DNA of 64,000 bases, taken from Podarcis pityusensis (Eukaryota). The DNA lies in NCBI GenBank assembly GCA_964106645.2, contig OZ067038.1; one strand, given 5' to 3'. Shown piece by piece: positions 1 to 26,419 of this stretch; positions within the stretch are counted from its first letter, which is position 1, and every line of letters begins with the position of its first letter. The position numbers were made by a program, and so were the translations under genes. The notes under the pieces were generated by a model, which was not told where the DNA came from, searched no databases, and was given only the letters and a program-made list of their open reading frames with translations.

Positions 1-34
1 GGGGCTCTTCATATGGTAATGTGCATTACTTTTT

Positions 35-295
35 TCAGAATTTGGAGCCAGCTCTGCTGTGTTTAGCGTTCTCCTGCTCATTCTTCTTGACCTTGACCTC
101 TGCCCCAAAGTCCTTCCCAACAGCTGCATTGCTGGCATTGGAGAAGGCACCAGCTACCCTCGCTGGTATACATACTGCTTTGGCTTGTGCAGGAGATGAG
201 TCAGCTGGTGGAGTAGCTTCGCTGACACTAGCCACTGGCCAACTGATGCCCATGGTTTTGACAGACTTTGATGGATGTTTCCCTTTTGTTGGTTC
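35..295 (-). CDS. Candidate downstream exon of the THAP gene (EPTKGKHPSK...RAGSKF*)
   Basis: Acceptor tctttctcaatacag| in phase 0, matching the phase-0 end of THAP exon 2; 86 open codons. An internal donor (gca|gtatgt near 176) is an alternative exon end, and the gene may continue beyond the window edge. Confidence 0.5.
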   Translation of the reverse strand, partial: EPTKGKHPSKSVKTMGISWPVASVSEATPPADSSPAQAKAVCIPARVAGAFSNASNAAVGKDFGAEVKVKKNEQENAKHSRAGSKF

Positions 296-445
296 CTGTA
301 TTGAGAAAGAGTTCAAATGAATTAGACATAGCAATTCAACCAAAAAAAGAAAAAGGCCTGGTTGAAACAGACTGGATAAGCTAATGCTGTAGTAGAAGGC
401 AAAAGTGAACAAAAAATAATCCCCAACAACATTGCCATGGTATTA

Positions 446-816
446 AAAAGGTAAAGGTAAAGGTACCCCTGCCCGTACAGGCCAGTCATGTCCGACTCTA
501 GGGTTGTGCGCCCATCTCACTTAAGAGGCCGGGGGCCAGCGCTGTCCGGAGACACTTCCGGGTCACGTGGCCAGTGTGATGAAGCTGCTCTGGCGAGCCA
601 GCACCAGCACAGTACACGGAAACGCCGTTTACCTTCCCGCTATAAAGCGGTACCTATTTATCTACTTGCACTTAGGGGTGCTTTCGAACTGCTAGGTGGG
701 CAGGAGCTGGGACCGAAAGACGGGAGCTCACCCCGCCGCAGGGATTCGAACCGCCGACCATATGATCGGCAAGTCCTAGGCGCTGAGGTTTTACCCACAG
801 CGCCACCCACGTCCCC
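446..816 (-). mobile_element. Full-length Sauria SINE
   Basis: tRNA-like head with GGTTCGAATCC B box, Bov-B-like 3' part, (ACCTTT)n tail; perfect 12-bp TSD GCCATGGTATTA at 434-445 and 817-828. Confidence 0.92.
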
Positions 817-3119
817 GCCATGGTATTACTGGAACTAATTAAGCATACTTCAAACATTAGAGGCTGGATCCAGGTTATGCCTTAGTCCCACACAATTAAT
901 GAGGCAACTTACTCATGACTATCTTAAATTTCATCAATTTAACTGGGTGAAAAGTTAACTGCTCAGTTGCAATCCTAGATACACTTATCTCAAAGTCCCA
1001 CTCAAGTCAGTGGGTTTTACTTATCTGTAGACATTGTAGATATATATAGGATTGTGGCATTATGTTTGATCCAACCTACTCTCTACGTTATTTACTCATT
1101 GTCAGGCAAACCCAGATTTATTTCAAATGAAGAAAAAAGGCATTTCTGAGACCAGAATACAGATGAGGGCTTACGTATTGGAATAGCCTTCCACTACAAA
1201 ACTAATTCACTGCACAATAAAGGTAACATTGTCAGAGACAGTTGTTCTCTTAGCCTCCTCCATGGTGTGCTGGTTTTACAGTGAAGTGTCTGACTTCAAA
1301 CACAGAATTCCTCACCTGTGCTCTGAAATAGTATGGTCTGAAGGTGAAGACACATCCCTTTTCCTCAACACCAGCTGTCAGGCATGGGAAGGGAATGAAT
1401 TCTGGACTCTCGGAACAGAGACACGCAATTCAGTGCTGCCTACACTGATTCGACAGCATCTCTCTGTGGTTCCAGGCAGGAGTCTTTAGCTAGCACTACC
1501 TCGAGATGCCAGACATTGCACCGGGGACCTTCTACATGCTATGCAAATATTCTGCCCCTGCATCACCTTGCTTCCCCATTATTATTAGTGGGATACGGAA
1601 GGAAAACTGGCTTTGGAAGTAAAGCTTCGCAGCTTTTTCAGACAGAGGCCTAATCTCAAGCATGCCAGCTCAAGTGCAGATTATTGTGAGCTATCAGTCG
1701 TATATATCAAACTTCCTAAAACATTTCCGATGCTGTTGGGCTACAGGGTACACTAGAAAGGACTATAAAAATCTATGCACAATGACAGCTACAGAAAATA
1801 CACCAAAGACAAAAGAAAAAGAAGAAAATTGCACAGATGAATATGGTTCCTAAGGCATTTTGAGAACCAAAGGGGGGGGGATGCTTCTTAATAAAAACTG
1901 CTTGGAACATTCCCCCACCCCACTGCAGCACACCTAAGCATATTCCCCCCACCCCCACTTTGACGTAGCGGGAACCATATCCATCTCTCTGCAGCTGTCC
2001 CTTTCTTTGTTTTAGGATTATGGAAATCCTCTGCTGAGCCCACAAGCCGGTGGCAGAACAGGAAAAGTGTTGGGAGACCTTGACCTTGATCAAAAGCTGC
2101 AATGCTAAATGCACTTACACAAAGAGGGGTACAACCAATAGGATACAATGACACTTAACCTCTGACTAAATATGGATAGGACTGTTGGAAATGTTTGATA
2201 ACAAAGTGTATAAGAAAGAAGGGAAACTCTGCAATGTGTCTTCCTCTGGGAGAGTTATCAGCTGAAATGTGGAATACAAATTTTCAACTATATATATATA
2301 GTTGAAAAATAAATAACTCAAAAACTACTGCTACTTAAAGTGTCCCTGAATTTGGTGCATTTGCCTGACCACCTTATTCCTGCTGTTCACTGACCCTTCT
2401 GTGTCTTGTCCCTCTGTTGAAGTGTGAGCTAATTTTGGCAGGGTGCCAATATATTGACAACTGTACAACACTTAACATACATTTAAGCACTTTAATAAAT
2501 AGTTTTCCCCACTGAATATTGCTCCCAGTACAGCAATCCCTTCCCTGTTCCTGTCTTCCATTTCTACATACAGTACTATATTCCATGTCAGGCTATCATC
2601 TGGACACCGCTTCTATTGCCAACAAATGGTCTGTCCTAGCAGGTATCTGGATAAAGAAGTTCTTTTGTGGCTCCTTCTTCACTATATGACCCTGAGCAGC
2701 TGAATCAGAGACTCATAAAATGTGTTGGCACTTCTTCAGCTTTCCAGTTCCTGCTATTACTGAGCAAAAAGCTGATGAACCACAGTTCTTCTCTTCCATT
2801 CCCTTCACACATACACCCCCAAGGCCCACTAGCAATTCCCAAACTCTCGTCCTCCCTTGCTGCATTTTCCTTCCTTCAACCCAAGTTTGCAAGTTTAAGT
2901 AAATCCTCTCCCTATTCTGAATCCTGCTGCTTTTGGAAATGTGCCTTTTTCCTTCCCATATTCCCACTTTCAATTCACGCTCTTGCACCTAGGTTCAGTG
3001 GATTACATACTAGGAAATGTGTCTATCTACTCAACTGTCTTCAAAAATAAACACAGTCACCTACAGCTTATTTTTCTTCATTTAACGGATGGTCTTAGAA
3101 GCCATTGCTTCCTGAGCAG

Positions 3120-3498
3120 CAGGGGTGAGGAACCTTTTTGGGCCCAAGAGCTGCACTGCCCAATGGAGAACCTTACAAGGGTCACATGCAAGTCATGGAG
3201 GAGGCCAGAGGCAAAATTAGGTGGGGCACCGGATGGGACTCTTATCTTTGTACCATAGGCTACATCCTAGTCATGCAAAAGTCATAACAATCTGTACTCC
3301 TTGACCCCCACATACACACTTCTTTCCATTCACACAAGCAAAAGGCATCATCACAGACATCTTCCAGCCAGGCAACAGTTCTCAAGGAGGGCACAGAACA
3401 GGGACAATGAAAGGTGTGGCCTAGTGAGAGTCATGAGGACCTGATAGAAAGGCCTAGAGAGCCACATTCACCCCCAAACCTGAGGTTTCCTAACACTG
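3120..3498. mobile_element. Old hAT-type non-autonomous element
   Basis: Termini caggggtgaggaacc ... aggtttcctaacactg; related copy at 9631-9936. Confidence 0.55.
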
Positions 3499-6400
3499 CT
3501 GAATGAGAAGGGAAAAGTGAGGCTGTATCAAATCTTACTCAGATGCAGGGAAGACACACTGAAACTAACAGACATGACTAACTTGGGTTCATTAATTTTA
3601 ATGGGCCTACACCAAGCAGAATTTAGTTGGAGTCAACCCTTAGAGGTTGCAGGTTTTAGACTGGACCAGAACCTGAGGTAGCACATATTTTAGGGACAAA
3701 GGAGATCTAATAGGAGAACCCTTGAGGTTAGTAAATGAGAATCAAGCCGCAGCTCAGAAATTCCTCAGTATGGCCCAAATTGCTGAGCAAGGCAGACAAG
3801 TAAAAAGTCCAGCTAAGCTGCCAAGGTGAGCTGCACTACAACTTTCCTGACCAGGGAAGAGTCACTAGCAGGAAGCCTTTCCTGTCCTGTGCAAGGAAGA
3901 CAAACACCCCTAATGCCAGCAATTCTTACATTTCTGCTGCCTTCACAGAAAACCAGGGGATGGGATTGGAAGTGTCCACCTCTGCAGCTCTGTATTGTCA
4001 GAGACTAGGAATTCTGACAGAAATTATGAGGCATTTGAGGGACCTAGGTAAGATTTAGGGACGAGAAACCAGCCTTGTTGTTCCTGTATCACAACTCTTT
4101 CCCCTCTAGAACAGCATGACTCACGCCAAGGAGGACAAGAGTTAAACCCCTGGGAAGTTAGTTTGCTTCTGTGAGTTGTGCAATGTCATTTCCCCACCCC
4201 TTTGGCTATAAAAAATTCAAATGACTTTCCATACAAATGAATTTATTTCAACTTTTGGAAAGAGGCAAGGAGGGTGCACTCTCCCCAGGCACTCATTTTT
4301 TGGACTGAGGTAGCAAATCCAGTTATTACACCAGGGCCTTCTCACAGGATGTTGCGGTTACCTCACTAATCCAAACCAGATGTTGAGGATCCCAGAAACC
4401 ATTGCTTTCTTCATGCAGTAACCCAGGCCTCTCCCAGATGTGAGCAAGATATCAAGGCTGAGAGAAACCCCCTCAGAAAGTCCAAACAGTACCAAATAAG
4501 ACTACGCCATTTAGAAAGCATTTTGCATCTGCCTAGTTCTTTAAGAGGCCTGTGATTGTTCTACAAAGGCACCAAACTAAACTCAGTTCGCCTTCAGTGA
4601 GAAGGATTACAAAACAGGCCACTTTGAAGCCTGAAGCCATGTCCAGCCAGGTAGGCTGCATCTGGATAAAATCACTTCTTTTGGGATGCTTCCCACCCCC
4701 ACCCCTGGCCATCTTCTGTGTTTGCCATTTCCTTCTGCCTTCTATGACCCAAGATGAAAGCTTTCAATTGCCATAGGTAGCGCAAGATCTTCTGCCTCAA
4801 TCCACAAAGGAGATCTACCTAGCCCAGCATCTTGCTTCAAAGGGTAACAAGCCACATGCTACTAGGGACTTGCTTCAAATCTTAATGTAACCCAGGATAC
4901 CCTGCCCTCTTGGACATTTTGTTCCTGCCGTAGCATGACATTTAACAACAGCTGTACATACTGAAACTTTTCGTGGACAGTGCTTGCATTATTCAGGGAC
5001 TGAAGACAAGGAGGCAGGGCACTCTCCTGAAACAAACACTTGGCAGTTAAGAGCAGTGTGCCTATGTTGCAGCTTCAGAGGCACACAGATCACCCATTCT
5101 GAAAGAAAACACAGGAAACACAGGACAGAAAGCCCCAGGGAGCTTGTTTTGGGCAGCCTATGCACTGATGAATACAACCAGTAATAAAGGGGGAGAGTGG
5201 GGGAAAGGTCCCACATTGCAGCCAAATCTGATGTTCCCTCTTGTGGCAAAACCAAAACGTTGTTCAGTGCAGAGATTCTTTTAGATTGGATCAGCAATAC
5301 TTCCAGAAAAACAACTACCACCTCCCTACACCATGGAAGCGTGGAAAAATGATTAGATATGAGGCAAACACAAAGAATTATGAAGTGGATATAAAGAGTG
5401 AGGGACACACAGTCTTTCCCCCCCTTTTTAAATGTCATAGCAAGGACAGAAAACATGATGTTCCAATGCTGTTGTGAATCCAACAGAGATGATGGGAATT
5501 GTATCTAACAACATCCCTACCTCTGACTTACAAGCTACAGACAAATCGAGACCTTTCTGCTCTAAATAAGTGAGAGACAGGAACAAAACCTCAGTTCAAC
5601 TCTCTTCCATCTTTATTCATTGGGCTATACCAATCTCAGATCCTACAAAGATGTGCATCCAGGATAGACTTATCTGTAAGGTAAGAGTCTAGAATGCTAA
5701 CTTGTGTCAACATGCAGTCACATGGACACATCCCAGCTAACAACTAAACGTTTAAGGTGGTAGTTGATGAAGCTTTACTCAGAGCAGACCCACTGAAATG
5801 AATAAACATGACTCAGTTAGGGCCATTAAGTTCAATGGGTCTACTCTGAGTAAAACTTAGTTGAATGCTACCCTTGAATGAGGTAGCAATCTTATACTGT
5901 AAATACTCTAGGAAGAGGAGGGGAGATATCTGGCTACTGTACCAGGAGACCAGCCATTATATCTGAGGAAAACACACAACTCAGAAAACATTGAAATGGT
6001 ATAAAAACAGCAGACCGCCCTCCCCCACACTTCCTACTACAGTACTAAGAAACTCTGCCAAAGCCCACCAATCAGGGACTATAGGTGATGGTGCCCACAA
6101 ATGGAGGGAGCCTACGAATTCTTAATGACTCACATACACACACAAAGAGCAGATGCCCCTTCATCACAACATGCAAAACCAGCAGTAACTCTGCTGCTGG
6201 AAGCCCCAAAACATCCCTATAAACAGGGGTTCAAGACTCCTCTTGCTGCTCTCAAACACAATTTTGTAGCCAAAACACGCAAAGGAAAGGAAGAAGATCC
6301 CACCCAACACAGCACTCATGTTGTTCCCATAGCACATAAAGAGCCGATCCCAAGTGGTGCAGGAAAGAGGCAAGTTGAGGGGCAGTTCAAGGTCCAGGCA

Positions 6401-7265
6401 AGAAGTGTTCCAGCCTGGTACTGAGGCCTTTGAGCTGGAGCTACCGGAACCACACCCAGGGGTCCAGCTGAGTTTCATGAGCTGTTGTCAAAGAAAGACC
6501 TGGACTCCCAAGTCTGGTACTTCCCTTTATGGACAGGTTTCCATTTGCTGTTTAAAACATCGTTGCTCCTACAAGCTCAGGGTCCATCCAGCCTTAGCTT
6601 CTGAGGCCAAACTCTCCCACTGTGCCAACAGCCCCACAGCGGCCTTGTCCAAGAGTCCCAACTTACTCATCTCCCCAGATCTAGTCAGGTCTGGGGCTTT
6701 GCTTAGTACTGGGGGTTCCAGGTCATCCTCTGATGAGGAATTTTCCAGCTAAGACACAGCAGCAGTACTGGGGGCTCTCCAGCCTGCAATATTATTTAGG
6801 CCCACCAGGCTTCCCCATTTGGCCTGCGAAGGCATTTTGGTCAATCCATGCCCATCTGTCCTACACCGGATGTCATATATGTCATCAGGTGTCAGGCAAG
6901 CGAAGACAAAGCTGGGCCAAAAATGGTCTTGCTTGCAAAGCAGCTGATTGCAGGCACCTACAAAGTACTGCGCCCTTGTCCGCATGGTTTGATTTCAAGC
7001 TGTGCAGGTCAAAGGAAGATGGGCCACCTGACATTATTGTGATGTTGGCTGACTGACAGGTGGGCAACCCCATACACCCGTTAAAGTTGGCCCCTGGGTG
7101 GTGGGGAACATAAGGACCCTCAAGTCTTCTGACCACAGCCAATTCCCCACTCCAGAATAGGGCATGGAGCTGAGAAGCAACCCATGCGCACTCAGCTAGT
7201 GTAAATGCAGTATCGAATTGCAATGAAATTCTCTCCCACTGAATATTATTATTATTATTATTATT

Positions 7266-7610
7266 AATAATAATAATAATAATAATTCATTACTTAAACC
7301 GCAGACATCCAACTGGCTTGCTCCAGACACTCTGGGCATCTTCCAACATAATATAAAAACACAGTGAGACATCAAACTTTAAAAACTTCCTGATACAGGG
7401 CTGTATTCGGAAAGTTGTGTAATTGTTCATTTCTTTGACATCTGATGTGGGGGCGTTCAACAGGGCGAGTGCCACTAGTGAGAAGGCCCTCTGCCTGGTT
7501 CCGTGTAACCTCACTTCACACAATGAGGGAACCACCAGAAGGCCCTCAGAACTGGACCTCAGAGCTGAATAATGGGGGTGAAGCTGCTCTTTTAGGTATA
7601 CAGAGCTGAG
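7266..7610 (-). mobile_element. L2-clade LINE 3' fragment
   Basis: Homologous to 17812-18311 (GTRQRAFS..A..L.NA..SDVK); tail seen as (AAT)n. Confidence 0.8.
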
Positions 7611-8450
7611 GCCATGAAATCAGTGAGACCTGAAATTTCTTAAACTTGAATAGATTCTGCCTGAACTTGCAAGCAGAAATGGAAACACTGCAACCAGGGT
7701 GTGGTGCAAACTCAGTGAAATGTTACACAAAGTGGCCATTGTCTGCCGAGCAATCATGTGTGGGTTTGCATATTGCAGGGTTCCCCACAAAGCACTCCAG
7801 TGTTAAAAAAACAAAACCCCAAGCCTCTAGATGTCTGTCCCCCCCGTTATGTAAACCTAATAAGCAACCTGGAGGAAACTAAAATATGGATCAAGTAGAG
7901 GAACTCTAAAAAAGAAATAGAAACATAGAGATACCCTGAAATACGCATAAATTGGTCAGTCAACACGTTTTGAATTAATGCTCAAGGTGATATAGAAAAG
8001 TTGAATACAATGGAAATAATAGCTAAATATAACCTCCATTCTTCCTGTGTGTTAATATAATTTTACTGTTAAAACCTTCCTACCCTACAGCAATGAAATA
8101 TGGAGTGACTCTGTGACATAAAGAGGAAATAGGGAGGGATAACGATGACATTTTATTACAAGCAAATCTTCCAGAAGCATAGAAATGAACAGCGCAACTA
8201 GATAATGTGCAGGGGGGTAGGAAGTGTATTTACAGAACAATCCTATTCTCGTGCTATGCCAAGGAGGCAGTAGATAAGTCACCATTATGTTGGCTGAATA
8301 GCTGCCACACCCAATGCAAGCTCAACCTGAAACAGTGTGGTGTGGAACACACAGCACAGAAACACCAAAAGCAGTATAAACACAACAGACACAAACTCAC
8401 TGCCCCTAGAAACATCCTAAAGCCCACCAGTTAAGGACTATGCCTGGAAT

Positions 8451-8671
8451 GAGAGCCAGTGTGGCGTAGTAGGGAGAGTACTGGACTAGGACCTGGAAGA
8501 ACGGAGTTCAAATCCTCACTCGGATATGAAGTGCACAGGGTGAATTTGCGCTAGTCACAATCTCTCAGCCTAACCTACTGTACAAGTGTGTTGCAACAGT
8601 GAAATGGAGATGGGGACAACCGTGTATACTACCTTGAACTCCTGGAGAAAAGGCAGGATATAAATGTAATA
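8451..8671 (+). mobile_element. MIR-like tRNA-derived SINE
   Basis: A box (tggcgtagtagg), B box (gagttcaaatcc), core ctcagcctaacctac; second copy at about 23872-24080. Confidence 0.7.
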
Positions 8672-8809
8672 GTGAAGGATGCCCACCAATGGGGCATTTG
8701 GCCTCCCACACACCCCTCCGAGCCCCAACATCCAATTATAGGTACTAGGAGCACAAGGGTTGCAGGAGAAGCCCTGGTTTGTTAGAAAAGTGCAGCAGGG
8801 CTTCTGCTA

Positions 8810-9165
8810 AACCCTACAGCCCCTCAACCAGCAGAGAGCGGGCCTTTTCTGTGGTGGCTCCTCATCTGTGGAATGCTCTCCCCAGAAAGGCTCACCTGCC
8901 ACCATCATTACATGTCTTTAGGCGCCAAGCAAAAACATTTCTCTTTACCCAGGCCTTCAGCCATTAAATAATCTATGGCTTGTTAAATGTGTTTGTGGCA
9001 GGGACTGTTATTGTGAATTTTTTATTAGCATGCATCTATAATTATGCTCTGCATTGTTTTTTATTATTATGCTCCGTGAAATATGTTCTTGATGTTGTAC
9101 ACCACCCTGGGATCTTTGGATAAAGGGTGGTATATAAACTGAATAAATGATGATAATAATAATAA
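8810..9165 (+). mobile_element. L2-clade LINE 3' fragment
   Basis: RAFSVVAPHLWNALP...FRRQAKTFLF followed by a 3' UTR with (TAA)n. Confidence 0.75.
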
Positions 9166-10307
9166 TCTTCGCTGTAGGAGTGTGACCTTAAGTTTCTGGT
9201 ATCTTCTTACTCCAAGCACCTCACATGTCCTCCACCACACAGCATATATTGTATAATTATATGGCTCCCCCCAGTGGTTCATGCTGTTGATGCACTACAG
9301 TGCTGGGAGAGGGAATCAAACACTTCTCCAAACTTTGAGGCTACTTGTTGCTGGGAACAGAGCAAGGGCAACAACATGAATTGGTGTGAGATAATCTTCA
9401 AGTGTACCAACATAGTGTCAGCAGCACTTTTTTTATTATGACTGCTTGCAGTCTTGTCTGCCTTGGTAAAAGAAACAGTTTTTACCCCATGAAATAAGGC
9501 AGCATGGCTTGGATCATGAGCAAGAACATCAACACACACGAAAAGAAGAGTAGCAATTACTGACAAAAACACATGACCAGCATGTCAAAGTTTAGAGCCC
9601 TGCTGGATCATATCAAAGGGCTGTTTAGACCAGTAGTGGCACACCTTTTTTCAGACCAGGCTCCCTATTTCCTTCTGAGCGCCACATGTCAGTGGTGGGT
9701 GGGGCAGCAGCAAAAGAAGGCAGAGCAATGAATGCAAATTTAACCTTTCTATACACACACATACTCATACACCTCTCTTTATCTTCTATCCAGACAAGCA
9801 AGCCACATCATTAGAATTCCAACTAGGCAACAATATTTAGGGTGTGAAGGGTATCACCTGGGAAGAGTTCCAAGTGCCAGAGAGAGAGGTTTGGAGAACT
9901 GTGTTTGGTCACCAGGCCTGAGGTTCTCCATCCCTGACTGAGACCAACATCTTGTTTCCCAGTTATCAACGAGATGCCTCTGGGCAAACCGCCCCCCCCC
10001 CCAGTAAATGGCAATTCAGAGACAGTTGGAGCTGGCCTATGACCATCATGATTAGTTACAACTGATACTTTTAAAAGCAAAGTGGGAAATAAGATTATCT
10101 AAATCCTCATGTTAAAACTCAACTGTTAGCTGACTGTGCCTCTTCAGACTGTGGGTGGGTGATCAAATGTAGAAATGCTTTCTGATATTTTAGGTATACA
10201 CTTGTCTGTGCAGAAAAAATATCAGTGGGAGGGAATGTGGACATTTACCCCTCACTTGTAGTCTTTAAGAATTTGGTGGAGCACATGGTTTCTATACAAC
10301 TGGGCAT

Positions 10308-10497
10308 CATAGGAGCCAACTCCTAGGGGCTGTGGGGGCTTTGGCCCCGACAATAAAATACTTAAGGGGGCCAGGCCCCCACAATGTTGATGGGCATTTC
10401 TATTCAAATGGTGTGTGTGCACTGTGTCATGTGATTGATTATGCGGGGCGGGGTTTACCTGGGCCCCCACAATATTTGATTTAAATTGGCACCCCTG
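10308..10497. mobile_element. hAT-type MITE
   Basis: Imperfect TIRs (cataggagccaa / ttggcacccctg); perfect 8-bp TSD CTGGGCAT at 10300-10307 and 10498-10505. Confidence 0.8.
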
Positions 10498-10697
10498 CTG
10501 GGCATTCAAAAGCATCACTGCCTCTGACAGCAGTGCAGACCCATGAATCCTCTTTTATAGGCACCTAAGCTGGTGGCCACCACTGGGGGAGCGATCACAG
10601 ATGGAGGCTAATATTCTGCCTTAAACCATGGTAGAGCATTGGCTACTTGGTGGCCCTGCCTGACAGCACTCTCCTCCCTTCTCTGGCGCTAGGATAC

Positions 10698-11191
10698 CTT
10701 GAAGGAGAACACGGAGGGGATCACGCCCGCCTTCAGCCTTTTCTGTCCTCCATACACCTCGAACTCATCCTGGAAGAAATGATCTGAGCAGATGCAGGCG
10801 CCTGAGCCTGGGATCCACAGCTTCCTGGAGCCTGGCTCAATGCGATTCACAGCCAGCATCCACTTCTTCCTCAGTTCATGGGCTTTGGGGAAGCTGGAGG
10901 AGGAAGAAGAGATGGGAAACTATAAATCCCATTGACTTTCCCCACATGGGCTGATGGTGCAGGTGACGACACCGACTGACACAAAGCCCCGCCCACAACC
11001 CCACACCTGGCCCCGCCCCTTGTTAACCAAAGCCCCGCCCCCTCCGCTAATAGGCTTAGAACCAGCCACACTCTCCATGAGGAGGCCCCATTACGGTATT
11101 CAGATGCAGACCTGTGGAATGAGAGGCCCTTGGCCCGGTTCTCCCGCGTGTCCCGGTTGGGACAGTTAACGGCCGAGCAGGCTTTAGGCAT
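10698..11191 (-). CDS. THAP domain-containing protein (THAP7-like), exon 1 (11191-11112) and exon 2 (10893-10698)
   Basis: Spliced translation MPKACSAVNCPNRDTRENRAKGLSFHSFPKAHELRKKWMLAVNRIEPGSRKLWIPGSGACICSDHFFQDEFEVYGGQKRLKAGVIPSVFSFK has the C2CH THAP signature, the conserved P, W and F residues and an AVPTIF-like box; GT-AG intron after FH. The RDTRE.R..G.SFH and LW.P segments resemble recalled THAP7. Confidence 0.9.
10984..11045. promoter_or_regulatory. Three GC boxes (Sp/KLF-type) in THAP intron 1
   Basis: CCCCGCCC at 10987, 11011 and 11033. Confidence 0.6.
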
Positions 11192-11393
11192 CGTCTCCGA
11201 CTCCACGGCGAAAAGCCCCAATCCCGGCTCCCGCCAAGCGCGGTTACTTTGCCTCGAGCGTCATGGCGGCAACGTCCGCGGCGCACTCTGAACTGACCCC
11301 GGAGGCGACCCGTCGGAGGGAAACACCCCGCGCGCGGATTGGTCCCCGCGGCGACCTGTTGCCGGCCGCGGTGGGTGCTGGGAAAAAGAAAAC
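11192..11393. promoter_or_regulatory. Bidirectional CpG-island promoter shared by the THAP gene and ARFGAP2
   Basis: 202 bp between divergent ATGs inside a CpG-rich block (about 10960-11770); oppositely oriented CCAAT (11218-11222) and ATTGG (11338-11342); YY1-like CATGGCGGC at about 11262 and 11393; no TATA box seen. Confidence 0.8.

Positions 11394-26419
<15,026 letters not shown>

Noticed and set aside
10698-11191. Assigning the symbol THAP7 or THAP4
   Set aside because: Similarity to recalled THAP7 is partial and the synteny does not match; orthology cannot be established without a search.
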